Shown in pieces: positions 20,501-28,890 of a DNA stretch of 64,000 nucleotides; position 1 is the stretch's first letter, and each line of letters opens with the position of its first letter. The position numbers were made by a program, and so were the translations under genes. Below the pieces are notes generated by a model that made no database searches, was not told the DNA's origin, and was given only the letters and a program-made list of their open reading frames with translations. The DNA comes from a virus (taxonomy: Duplodnaviria > Caudoviricetes): the IMG/VR virus record IMGVR_UViG_3300044641_005618. The stretch is one strand, 5' to 3'.

Positions 20501-22291
20501 TAGTGCCCAAACCCCAATCGCAGGGCCGATACTATACACAGATTGAAACTGCCCGTGAGCCCCATTCCTGACGCGGAACCCGAAGTGTCGAAAGTCCCTT
20601 TCGATGTCTACAATTCCTATGCTTTGGCCGCCTGGCTCCGTGAGGCTCTTGTAGTAATACCGTATGTTATTTACGGGAGTGGAGTTTAACAAGGAAAGTT
20701 GATCCTTCACTGTAACGTCGGACAGCGAAGAAGGGCGAAGCTCCACTGGAGTCGATAGAAACTTCGCTTCAGTCAAATTCCACCACTTTTGCTCTGGTAG
20801 CTTCGTGGCCGGGTTTACGAGGGTTGTGTAAATTTCGTACACGCACGGGTCGTTCTGTAAAGAAACCGCTGTGCAAGAGACTGCGACTACCGACTTAAAC
20901 CCGGAAACAGACGCCCCGTCGAAATCCCCCCAGTTCATGCCATAGTCGGATCTGAGAACAACGTCTTTTGCGTAAAACGGCGAGTTTCTCGTGGTGTTTG
21001 AATCCTCGTTGTTAGGGTAGGCCCCAACTGGGGCTACGATTGTATAGTCCCCGCTATCTACTAGGGACATGCCCTTTGTGACTTTCCCGCCAAAGAAGTC
21101 AGGAAATGCCTTCTGAACTTTCGTGAAGTACTCACCAATCTCAAATAAAGTTGCGTTTTCGAACACCTTGAGCCTGTGAGCAGACTTTAGAGTGTTTTCC
21201 ACTAAAAACTTCGGCGTTGTCTTATCACTGAATGTCGGTAAAGAGGAGAAAGGTACGTACTCCGCAGCGGGAGTCTCTGTTTGAGACCCGAAAGATAAGT
21301 AAAAGCGGTCAGTATCAATGGGGACAACATAGTAGTTCCCTGCGGTGAATGTCCCTGTGCTCTGATCCACAGTCGGCTCGAAACTTACGGACGCGACATC
21401 ATTGAATAAGTGTCCGTGCGGTCTTTCGGAAATAAAAACGGCTAGTCCGTTTTCTTCTGTAATTGAAATAACAGTTCTCGATGACAATTTGTCAACTACG
21501 GAGAAGGACTCAGCTACAGAATTTCCTACGCATTTGAAAATTGAGCTTAAGGGTTGGTCAATTCCTCGATAAGCTGCAGGAAATGCCGGGTTGAAATATG
21601 ACGGAACAAATGCCGGGGAAACAACGCACTTTTTTAGATCGAGCCCTATAATAGAGATGCCGAAGGGGACAATTATCCCTCCACTTAGTGGGTTGAACTG
21701 CTGGAGTTGCGCAGTTGTAACTTTGTCGCCTGAAGAAGAGAAATTTACAGTGAAGTCATCGAGGCTAACGCCGGGGCCATTGTTGGCTGTTATGAGAGAG
21801 GAGGAGAGAAGGATCGTATAGCGATTGCTTTCGTTCGAAGTGGGGAAACCAGCTAAAACGCGGCTTATGTATATCTTCGAAAGCTCAAGTATTGCTCGGG
21901 ATAAAGTCTGAAAGGGCAAGGCTTGCCCGTCGTTTCGAAGAGAATCCGTTGAGTACTTAAACTCAGGCGCAACAAACACTATGCTCCCCCCGCCACCGAG
22001 GAAAGGAGCGGACACCGTGCGCCATTGACTCGTTGCGTCTCCTACATTGAGTGTGCCGTCCTCGGTGTCGAACCACAACTCTCCCTTTTCCGGGAGGTTC
22101 GTAGGAGGAAGGGGCAGCACTGAGGGGGGCCCAACTTTAATTACTTGACCGTCAGTGACTGAGAAGAAAAGCCCTGGTTCTTCGCTGTTTGTGTTTAAGC
22201 CGATTTCACCTGGCGGAAGGTGAGACGCACTCGGCCTCTTTCCGGCGATTGAGGAGCGCTTCAGAACTATTCGTTTGGCTTTGGCTGACAT
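17519..22291 (-). CDS. Large tail fibre protein (1590 aa), paralogue of 13993..17481
   Basis: Shared core (PFQTLSRAILE, GISIIGLDLKK, GFKSVVA, HTWAYAGY); N-terminal IVLKRSS...KRP domain; C-terminal DDIS..FNG.R..F.L repeats. Confidence 0.75.
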   Translation of the reverse strand: MSAKAKRIVLKRSSIAGKRPSASHLPPGEIGLNTNSEEPGLFFSVTDGQVIKVGPPSVLPLPPTNLPEKGELWFDTEDGTLNVGDATSQWRTVSAPFLGGGGSIVFVAPEFKYSTDSLRNDGQALPFQTLSRAILELSKIYISRVLAGFPTSNESNRYTILLSSSLITANNGPGVSLDDFTVNFSSSGDKVTTAQLQQFNPLSGGIIVPFGISIIGLDLKKCVVSPAFVPSYFNPAFPAAYRGIDQPLSSIFKCVGNSVAESFSVVDKLSSRTVISITEENGLAVFISERPHGHLFNDVASVSFEPTVDQSTGTFTAGNYYVVPIDTDRFYLSFGSQTETPAAEYVPFSSLPTFSDKTTPKFLVENTLKSAHRLKVFENATLFEIGEYFTKVQKAFPDFFGGKVTKGMSLVDSGDYTIVAPVGAYPNNEDSNTTRNSPFYAKDVVLRSDYGMNWGDFDGASVSGFKSVVAVSCTAVSLQNDPCVYEIYTTLVNPATKLPEQKWWNLTEAKFLSTPVELRPSSLSDVTVKDQLSLLNSTPVNNIRYYYKSLTEPGGQSIGIVDIERDFRHFGFRVRNGAHGQFQSVYSIGPAIGVWALNGGTCSLTNSTTNFGSVAFKSEGFLGINTIGGAKPNGKGFVLEGVQRPLALLKSQVENPDNKRILSLGGKIKAIYIDPEDPNTQILELSSDFSPCHLLPYSLGPGTALWVETESCTYRGFFAADGGPTVITGLGDPVNFAKLRLRSSDSTIPNDESLLPILGVPYIRRFTDPRQDFERSYSLFIRNTLPNAIAPQIGSVLRLNQTSQQQGSISLRPNVQFDPGVLGGWGRLFTVDAMETGGQGSSPQFNYVIGDSNQDLTYYVAITATDYSRPWGQGSNFNLPSGSYTTYRNRNWYAAENNLWNCVYYGEASSFTDSFGPFSVAPIETCSPFVDTSVLEKQEKVSETFQGSYAIDSYLSTEGYSEQSYFRGATDPYPTYSSQSVYDGDDSTESLGLCLKDLADGAATYTVSALTEVQLKQDATLTPLPRRYRPSIVEFSVLSSVDIENPRQTTSVIRLSSSSGVEYIRVINLNGTVVRGIRLTYENSYYPTTLPGNNWPQQTVVTVCSTNPLPQPELYDPDWTSTKRAMYRFFEVMGYSKGVLKPYLVPKYWGERLMSIMSLVGNLPTNGYSLTVDKWPLEFNQPSIISANTHTWAYAGYYNYSRGLPEFQSNDFTRKLATDYQATTTWSGRLTVMGVNDKGEIVQFGPQRQALTANFYEYSTPTINPSNQQIYEEQPYVEFPSQVVVYSADDISPELNGSRSTFDLTRSGLAIPPDQLSAESLFVTLGASVQKPFVNYSLIGNRIQFAESPPAGLSCNIRVVTSVDSNRTLTVASLSFVEPFDGARTNFTATIPLDPSLLAPLEVTANNTFVFLGGVEQIPLSAVNSSLPFSYSVERTSPTTVRFSFTGVPPEGTTLDIRSVCSGSYWSLRSTYPVEVYSLDDISGEFNGARTSFPLKYGGKVVNASAVTAENIMLSLGGALQLPGVSYTVENSVLTFLDPTDAPLPNTVANLRVVSNAEFIFCPNQGKYGSSFLRWGPGIVLSLANETGVL

Positions 22292-22341
22292 TTGCTAAAG
22301 AGCTTAAGACTGTGTGCAGAGGCACTCATACTTTTACCCCC

Positions 22342-22503
22342 TCAAATGTACCTCGCTGCCTCTTTCGCCTCAGAGCTCACTCCGCGTTTCCCAAGCTCCA
22401 TTGCCGTGTTAAGAATTTCCCGAGCGCGACTTCTTTCGCGTGGGTTTCCCCTCACCCTCTTGTAGAGGGACATTAAGTCCAGGTACTTTTGATCCTTTTC
22501 CAT
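22342..22503 (-). CDS. Small kinase-associated protein (53 aa), not in ORF track
   Basis: Hand translation MEKDQKYLDLMSLYKRVRGNPRERSRAREILNTAMELGKRGVSSEAKEAARYI*. Start overlaps the kinase stop (TAATG). Paralogous to 24805..24957. Confidence 0.75.
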   Translation of the reverse strand: MEKDQKYLDLMSLYKRVRGNPRERSRAREILNTAMELGKRGVSSEAKEAARYI

Positions 22504-23771
22504 TAACTAACCCCTTCGTATAGTATGGAAATAAGCCTTGCAGCGTCGTCCTTGCCGATCTTACCCCAAGCACCTTTGTTGTAAGAGCTGAGTGGTTGGT
22601 CTAAACTGTGGGTCACCACCTCAGCAATATCGTCTTTGTTAAGACCAAGCTTTTCCATCTCGGTGTAAACTTTGATTCGGTTTCGTATAATCTTCCCGAG
22701 GTTTGTTTGGGGGGTAGTACCCTTCGAAGTAGCTGTAGCGGATGGTGGCAAGTAAAACTGCTTGTTGTCTCGTGCCTGGAAATCCCCTGAGTTTTCATTG
22801 AGTGGCTTTCTGAGCATTGCACCAGGGGGTAGTAAGTACCTCACCGATAAAACTCCAATGGCCTCTGAGAGAGCTGCACGAGGGTCATCCTGTGAAACAC
22901 CGAAGTCAACAAAACGTGCTTTCCCCTTGTCATCGATAATTACGTTTCCTACGTGGGCGTCATTATGGGCAACACCTTGCTCATGGAGTTTCTTTCGTAG
23001 GGCGTAGTAAGAGTCGCCCACAGTTGTGTTTCCAACTGGGCTTTCGTAAGAGTCAAAGTCTTCAGCTGACTTACCCTTTACACGGGACATTGCTATTCTT
23101 CCAGGGTAGTACCCAGCGTTGTTGAACTCAGCAGACTTATTCATCTCAGCCGAGATTAGCTTGGGGGTTATATCCTTTCCACTTAATTTCTCAAGAATTC
23201 TCACTTCATTTTCCCCCACCTCCCCTCTTTTCACGACTACGGACGGGGGTGGTTTGGATGCAATTACCGCTCCGTACAATCCTGATCCTAGCCCTTTTGA
23301 CCCCGACTCGTACGACTGTTTCCAGTCGTAGCTACCACCTAACTTTAGGGTTGGTGTGAACTCGGTGTCGAATTCGAGTGCGTTTTGGCGTTCTTGAATA
23401 GCTGGGCGGTCCGCCCTGGTGTGCTTAACCCATGTGTCAAAGAGTGCCTTTTCAACTTTCGTAGCCCTGTCTATCTCCTCGTCCGTCATATACTCTTTGT
23501 TACGTAGCTCAGCAAGCTGGCGCTCTGCCTCCCGCTTTAACGAGGGGAAGTCACTACTGGCATTGACCGTTGCCTTCGGGCCTAAGGCTAGGGCATCAAT
23601 AAGGTCCTTGACCAAGGGGTTTGTCTCGCCATTCTTAGCAACTTTGCCTGCTAAGGACCCCTGTAAGTTTTCTACTTGGTGGGATAGTTTAGGGGTCAAG
23701 GAGGCTCTGCACTTAGCCTCGCGGCTAATGCAGGTACCTCCACAGCTCTTCCCCTTAGTGCAGCGCTTCAT
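22503..23771 (-). CDS. Ser/Thr protein kinase-like protein with N-terminal Cys motif
   Basis: Gly loop GLGSGLYG, VVVK, ENE, catalytic HNDAHVGN, VDFG; N-terminus KRCTKGKSCGGTCI. Confidence 0.85.
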   Translation of the reverse strand: MKRCTKGKSCGGTCISREAKCRASLTPKLSHQVENLQGSLAGKVAKNGETNPLVKDLIDALALGPKATVNASSDFPSLKREAERQLAELRNKEYMTDEEIDRATKVEKALFDTWVKHTRADRPAIQERQNALEFDTEFTPTLKLGGSYDWKQSYESGSKGLGSGLYGAVIASKPPPSVVVKRGEVGENEVRILEKLSGKDITPKLISAEMNKSAEFNNAGYYPGRIAMSRVKGKSAEDFDSYESPVGNTTVGDSYYALRKKLHEQGVAHNDAHVGNVIIDDKGKARFVDFGVSQDDPRAALSEAIGVLSVRYLLPPGAMLRKPLNENSGDFQARDNKQFYLPPSATATSKGTTPQTNLGKIIRNRIKVYTEMEKLGLNKDDIAEVVTHSLDQPLSSYNKGAWGKIGKDDAARLISILYEGVS

Positions 23772-24223
23772 TTTCTATTAGCGACTTCACCTGGTTCTTT
23801 GAAGTTATGTAGCAGTTCTTGTAAGCGATCGATACGGGTACTCATAGAGTCAATCCGCTCTGAGTAGGAAGTCTCCATACCGGCAGCGATATTGTGGTCG
23901 TCATTGTTCTTTCGAGCCAGGTCAAGCGTTGCCATTTTGCCGTCAATTTCCTCGCGCTCTTTCACAAGTTTCTTTGTCGCAGCCATCTGCCTTTGAAGTT
24001 CTTGAAACGCTCCACGCTGTCGAGAGAGCTTCATGGCAAAGCCCAAGTCAGCAATTGCTCTCGATATCGCTTCGTGCCGCTCGCCCATAGCGTCGTACTC
24101 CCCGAAGCTGGGGCGGAGAGTCGAGGTGGCTGAGGGTTCCATCACAGTTCCTCGGTAGTAATCCGTCGGAGTGTGGGAGAAACCTTCAAGCTGAAGTTCA
24201 TTCTCGGGGAAGTTAGGATTCAT
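23768..24223 (-). CDS. Hypothetical coiled-coil protein (151 aa)
   Basis: ORF with GGGTAAA at 24265-24271. Confidence 0.7.
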   Translation of the reverse strand: MNPNFPENELQLEGFSHTPTDYYRGTVMEPSATSTLRPSFGEYDAMGERHEAISRAIADLGFAMKLSRQRGAFQELQRQMAATKKLVKEREEIDGKMATLDLARKNNDDHNIAAGMETSYSERIDSMSTRIDRLQELLHNFKEPGEVANRK

Positions 24224-24286
24224 GGGTTCCCTTCTTGAGAAAAGAGATTCTTGTTGTACATAACTTTACCCTTCACTACTGTGGGT

Positions 24287-24808
24287 CTAACCGCCGAGCT
24301 GACGAATTTGACTCTGTATGGCCTGGCGCCCACTCTCGGTGGTTTGACTCGCTAAGGCTTTCTTAAGCCCTTCTACCCTGTTCGTTTGAACTGCGGAGGA
24401 CTGCGACTGGGTCGGCTGCTTTGCGAACGGCACTTTTTGCTTCGGGCCCACCTTTGCCTCTCCTGCAACAGACCCCCAGGCTACGATTACTGGCTTGCCT
24501 CCCTTGATGGCCCAGCCGAACTTCTTCCCCTCAACCGTAAAAGCCTTTTTATTGGCTGCGGACGCTTGCTCTTTTGTTGACGCCCCGGCACCTTGTTTCT
24601 GAGCTTCGTTGCTTAGCTGCTCTTCTTGCTTGCTTCTTTTCGACGTGTCGAAATCTTTCCCCCCGGTCCCCCCAACTTTCCTGCACACACCGTATACCAT
24701 CTTCTCATCGGATTCACACGCCGCAAAGTCCCAGTCGATAATTGTGTAGTGGACACCTTCGATTGAGTGATCAACTGAAGGGAAGTTAAAATTGTTCATG
24801 GGTGTCAC
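24287..24808 (-). CDS. Hypothetical basic protein (173 aa)
   Basis: Contains DFAAC...YGVCRK, a weak relative of the Cys module in neighbouring genes. Confidence 0.7.
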   Translation of the reverse strand: MTPMNNFNFPSVDHSIEGVHYTIIDWDFAACESDEKMVYGVCRKVGGTGGKDFDTSKRSKQEEQLSNEAQKQGAGASTKEQASAANKKAFTVEGKKFGWAIKGGKPVIVAWGSVAGEAKVGPKQKVPFAKQPTQSQSSAVQTNRVEGLKKALASQTTESGRQAIQSQIRQLGG

Positions 24809-24957
24809 AGGTAGGCGGCGGCTTTAAACTCTTCTTCAGATACTGTTCCGGATTTAGCTAGTTTTTGCATAGCTTTGAAAATCACAGATGCTTCCTTCTC
24901 CTCGCCTTGAAAGAGTGCGTGTTTTCGGTAAGAGGCGAGTTTAACATAGATGCTCAT
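24805..24957 (-). CDS. Small kinase-associated protein (50 aa), not in ORF track
   Basis: Hand translation MSIYVKLASYRKHALFQGEEKEASVIFKAMQKLAKSGTVSEEEFKAAAYL*. Start overlaps the kinase stop (ATGA). Confidence 0.75.
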   Translation of the reverse strand: MSIYVKLASYRKHALFQGEEKEASVIFKAMQKLAKSGTVSEEEFKAAAYL

Positions 24958-25841
24958 AGAATTCCCTCGTAAAGGGATTTGAGAAACTCCTTGACTTCGG
25001 AGTTTGAAAGATTCCTAATCGCCGGAGGTAGATCCGCTTCTTTGGTTCGTATTTCTACAGAATCATTCGAGTCGAACTTCAAGTTCGACACAACTTTACC
25101 CCAGTTCTCTTGAAATTTTCTGTATAGAACACTTCCCTGGCCGTCGTCTTCACCGAAAGCGGTTCTCGAGGAAGAGTCTTTGTTGGTAAGTAAGGCCTCC
25201 ACTAAAGCGTGACGGCTACCAATTTGAGATAGACCGAAATCTACGAACATAGTTCTCTTGGTTTTCGGGTCATAGAATACGTTTCCGTCGTGAGTATCGT
25301 TATGAGCTATTCCCGCCAAATGCATTCGAGCTCTTGCTCTCATCATGGAATCAATTTGCTCAACCTTTTGTTCCTTAGACAGGGACTGAGAAGATAGGGG
25401 CTTTCCTTTCGCTTCTTTCATTTGAATCATTCCGTCTCCCGAGGTGACATGCCCCCCAAATATAATTCTATTCACTAATTTCTCGTTTTTTAAGGGTGTA
25501 ACAGAAACTAAAGATGGGGCCAATCCTGTCCCACTTAAACGAGTTAGAGCTTCAGCTTCATGTTGACCTATTTTTCCTTTCTTAATAACTGTAGGAGGTG
25601 GACCCGCGTTCAAACGAACCTCCCCCATGTCCCCTTTTCCAAACGCTTCCCCCTCGTCAAACGCTTTCTGTATACTCCTTTTTTCGTTTTCTTGGCCCAC
25701 TTCAACCCCTTTTCTGCACCGTCCGGCTGTGCCGTAGTGCGTGCCGTCCAACCTTTCACAACGTGTGAAATCGTGAACCCCGGTGAGGAGTTCCCTCACC
25801 CTTTGAACAGAGTTATCTGTAAAGTAACCGAGTTTGCTCAT
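24954..25841 (-). CDS. Second Ser/Thr protein kinase-like protein
   Basis: FGKGDMG, TVIK, QHE, HNDTHDGN, VDFG; N-terminal DFTRCERLDGTHYGTAGRCRKG module. Start placed at ATG 25841. Confidence 0.85.
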   Translation of the reverse strand: MSKLGYFTDNSVQRVRELLTGVHDFTRCERLDGTHYGTAGRCRKGVEVGQENEKRSIQKAFDEGEAFGKGDMGEVRLNAGPPPTVIKKGKIGQHEAEALTRLSGTGLAPSLVSVTPLKNEKLVNRIIFGGHVTSGDGMIQMKEAKGKPLSSQSLSKEQKVEQIDSMMRARARMHLAGIAHNDTHDGNVFYDPKTKRTMFVDFGLSQIGSRHALVEALLTNKDSSSRTAFGEDDGQGSVLYRKFQENWGKVVSNLKFDSNDSVEIRTKEADLPPAIRNLSNSEVKEFLKSLYEGIL

Positions 25842-25851
25842 GAGATTGAAA

Positions 25852-26193
25852 TTACCATTTCTCACGGTCTGACCAATACGCAGCAGAAGACTTCCCCTTC
25901 GCAATATTAGCAGCATGCCTCGCCTTAAACGACTGCCGTCTGGCCTTGTAAGACTCTGACTCTCCCTCTTTCTTCGGTGACCCCTTCACACCTTGCTGCC
26001 CGAATCGAATCAGCTTGCCCCCTTTGGGTGCACCGGGATAGCACGACTTTACAATATGGGAGCTTGTTGGGTGACTCGGAGTGGCGTGAGGGTCGTTACA
26101 GTCAAGAGAGCTTTTGTCTACCTTTTCCGCATACTTTTCCAGTGCAGCCTCTCGAAAAGAAGCGTAGGACGAATTGTCAAATGATCCCCACAT
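25852..26193 (-). CDS. Basic phage protein of unknown function
   Basis: C-terminal KLIRFGQQGVKGSPKK...ARRQSFKARH...SAAYWS...W resembles a recurrent phage family. Start placed at MWGSFD. Confidence 0.65.
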   Translation of the reverse strand: MWGSFDNSSYASFREAALEKYAEKVDKSSLDCNDPHATPSHPTSSHIVKSCYPGAPKGGKLIRFGQQGVKGSPKKEGESESYKARRQSFKARHAANIAKGKSSAAYWSDREKW

Positions 26194-26197
26194 TGTC

Positions 26198-26572
26198 TCA
26201 ATCTTCGTATTGCAACGCGTCGGCAACCGAGGTCATGCTGTTCTCAGCCTCAGCCAACTTTGCCGCCATCCACGGACTCAGATTCGTGTAAGGCCCAACC
26301 AGTTCCAGTATAGTTTCAATATTGTCCCTCATAGATCGCAACTGAGAAATGGCCATGCTGCCGTTCGGTTCGACTTCCCTGTCGTCTTCGGCAGCGTCTT
26401 CGTAGTCGGAGTCGTAGTCATCCTCGTCGTCCTCACCCATAAAGAAGGTGTCAGGGTCCCTCCCTGGCTCTTTCTCGAATGCTGGAGCAACTCCCATGAA
26501 GTTGCTGGGGTTTTCAACCCCGTACTTGTAAGCGCTGTAAGCTTCCGGTGAAAAGGATCCCCAGTGACTCAT
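26198..26572 (-). CDS. Hypothetical acidic protein (124 aa)
   Basis: N-terminal WGSF...Y motif shared with 25852; GGGTAAA at 26598-26604. Confidence 0.7.
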   Translation of the reverse strand: MSHWGSFSPEAYSAYKYGVENPSNFMGVAPAFEKEPGRDPDTFFMGEDDEDDYDSDYEDAAEDDREVEPNGSMAISQLRSMRDNIETILELVGPYTNLSPWMAAKLAEAENSMTSVADALQYED

Positions 26573-26605
26573 TTCTGTAAGTGGTTAACTACCTAACTTT
26601 ACCCC

Positions 26606-26977
26606 TTAGTTATTCGCGTTCTCCCTATGCCTGTAAAACTGCATAGAAAGCTCTTCCACTTTATCGACTAGCCGGTTGTGGTCTGTCTTCAGAGTGTACT
26701 TCTCAGGAAGTTCCGCTCGCATATCGTTAAGAGCTTTCTCAACATTCTTAATGTGGGAAAGGACATTCTCGTTTTGAACTGTATTCGCTGCAATCAGAGC
26801 GTTAATTCTTTTGTCGTTCTCCTCAATAAGACGTTCTATCTTTTGGTCTGCGTTGTTTCTCAGGTACTGAACTCTTTTTTCGTTCTTACCTTGAATTACA
26901 AAGGTGCCACCGACACCTGCAAGACCGGCTGTGAAAATCCAGCCGCAGATTATGAGTGGTATTTCAAAAAGTCCCAT
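26606..26977 (-). CDS. Membrane-anchored coiled-coil protein (123 aa)
   Basis: N-terminal hydrophobic helix followed by a heptad-rich segment. Confidence 0.65.
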   Translation of the reverse strand: MGLFEIPLIICGWIFTAGLAGVGGTFVIQGKNEKRVQYLRNNADQKIERLIEENDKRINALIAANTVQNENVLSHIKNVEKALNDMRAELPEKYTLKTDHNRLVDKVEELSMQFYRHRENANN

Positions 26978-26979
26978 GT

Positions 26980-27774
26980 TTACTCCGGCAACCTTGACTG
27001 ACCAGCTTCGACCGCTGCTCTAGCTGCTTTCCTTGAGCTCCTTCTTGCACTCGGAGCCTCTTCGCTGAAGTCTGGGGAAGGCAAGCCTGACTCCCCTTGC
27101 CCCATTCGATCTTTCACCGTTTGGGGAAGACCCGACTCCCAGCCGTACTTCTTAGCAATGCGAATAATCTCGGACATAATTTTGCGCGGGTTCGCTGCCC
27201 TGCCCACGGAAGACCACGCCGCTGAGACATCTTGAGTGCTCGCAATGGGGAAGGACATACCGGGCCCAGCAAACTCTCCCCGCTCCTCTCCGGACTGCAG
27301 CTTCTGCCTTTTATTTGCGGACCACTCTCGAAAGTCTGCGTCGCTTTTCGCTGCTGCTTTGCAAGAGTCGCATTTGCATTTTCCAGTCCCTTTGCACGTT
27401 GTTTGTGAGAAGGGCTGAGGCATAGACATTAGCTCAGTGTCATCGGCGAAATTATACTCTTTTCTTTTTATTTCACGAAATGCCGCTATCCTGGCCCGTT
27501 TACGCCCGAAAATCTCTTTCATAGCAGCTTGGCCGTCTGCGTGAGCATCTCGGTCACGATTGACTAAGTTTTCTTTCTTCTGACGGCTAGCCTTGTTGGC
27601 GTCTAAGAGTGCCTCGTTGTGAAAAGACATATTACCGTCTTTGTCAGTTCGCCACTTTTTTCCTGTGCGGTTCATTTCCTCAAGTTTGTCTGTGGAAATA
27701 GCTGTAGCCGCATTCATGGAACCGCCGACTCCCGGCAGGGTTACAGACGAAAAGTCTAAGTTAGCACCGTACAT
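26980..27774 (-). CDS. Hypothetical protein (264 aa)
   Basis: GGGTAAA at 27799-27805; charged, with a CKGTGKCKCDSC segment. Confidence 0.7.
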   Translation of the reverse strand: MYGANLDFSSVTLPGVGGSMNAATAISTDKLEEMNRTGKKWRTDKDGNMSFHNEALLDANKASRQKKENLVNRDRDAHADGQAAMKEIFGRKRARIAAFREIKRKEYNFADDTELMSMPQPFSQTTCKGTGKCKCDSCKAAAKSDADFREWSANKRQKLQSGEERGEFAGPGMSFPIASTQDVSAAWSSVGRAANPRKIMSEIIRIAKKYGWESGLPQTVKDRMGQGESGLPSPDFSEEAPSARRSSRKAARAAVEAGQSRLPE

Positions 27775-27853
27775 AGGGGTCTTACGTTGATTCTTAACTT
27801 TACCCTCTTTTCGCTCAGAAACGGACTCCAGGGTTTACTTCCCCACGTAAACG

Positions 27854-28174
27854 TTAGACCTTACTTTCTTCGTCCAAGTTGTCGTCTTCTTTGGTCTTGC
27901 GCTTGCGGCTCCCTCGCACAGTTGAAATTATTTCCGAAACATTTTGCCCTGAGGAGGGGACTAAAAGTGCTAAAATTGTGGTGAGTGCTAGTTTCCCGGT
28001 CTCGTTAAAAGTATTGGTCGCATTGTTACAGATAAGGGTTACTTTTGTGGAGTCTTTGTCACGTTCTGCGTAGGACTGGCAGGACCACGTTTGATACCCT
28101 ACAATTAGAAACTGAATTAGAAATATACCTGCTAATGCTCGAATAAGCAGAGCTCTCTCGTTGAATTGAACCAT
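27854..28174 (-). CDS. Two-TM membrane protein (106 aa)
   Basis: Two hydrophobic segments and a charged C-terminus; GGGTAAA at 28197-28203. Confidence 0.65.
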   Translation of the reverse strand: MVQFNERALLIRALAGIFLIQFLIVGYQTWSCQSYAERDKDSTKVTLICNNATNTFNETGKLALTTILALLVPSSGQNVSEIISTVRGSRKRKTKEDDNLDEESKV

Positions 28175-28197
28175 GCTTGCCCCGCTAGTATAGAGTT

Positions 28198-28878
28198 TTA
28201 CCCTTTCAAGGACAGCAAAACCGAGAGAAGAGAAAGATCTCCGAGAAGTTTAGCTGAGGTTGCTTGAGAGGTTTGCTCAGAAAAGGATGCCTCAGAACCT
28301 CTAAATAACTTCTGAAGCCTTAAAAGGTCGGCGCTGTACTTTCGTGATATGGCGCCCGAAATTTGGGCCACTTTGGGAAGTTTTGACCCTACAAACGCAG
28401 CACCAACTCCAGTGAACTTTCCTGCAAGTAGGGGCAGAGCTTGATGGATAATCTCACGACTTTCCTGGCTGGTTAGAAAACTGTCCACGCCCGCGTGGGC
28501 ACTTTTTCCCAGGAACGCGGCAGAAGCTTCTGTGAGCAGGTCCCTTACAAAGTCCTCACCCGACCTTAAATGGCGAGAGTGAAGTCCCGTGGCAACCACC
28601 GCTTGAACAATTGTTTCCGACAACTTTTCTGTGGTTTCCGGGGGTATGCCGTAGCGAGTTTCCAGGTACTTTGATACCAAGGGTCCAACAACTTTCCCCG
28701 CTTTCCACGACGTTACGTTGGCCCCAACATGCTCTCCAAGGTGCAACAACCTCTCGCTGTTACGCGAGAGACTGTCGCTCACTGGCGCCGGCAACTTTTT
28801 CTCGCACTTAAAATCCTTGCTTATGCAAGTCGCTGAGCAAGACTTTCCTGCTGTGCATTTTTTCCTAGGATTGCCCAC
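28198..28878 (-). CDS. Hypothetical protein with N-terminal KKC..GKSC..TCI motif (226 aa)
   Basis: Same Cys motif as the kinase at 22503. Confidence 0.7.
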   Translation of the reverse strand: MGNPRKKCTAGKSCSATCISKDFKCEKKLPAPVSDSLSRNSERLLHLGEHVGANVTSWKAGKVVGPLVSKYLETRYGIPPETTEKLSETIVQAVVATGLHSRHLRSGEDFVRDLLTEASAAFLGKSAHAGVDSFLTSQESREIIHQALPLLAGKFTGVGAAFVGSKLPKVAQISGAISRKYSADLLRLQKLFRGSEASFSEQTSQATSAKLLGDLSLLSVLLSLKG

Positions 28879-28890
28879 TGATTGTTCCCC

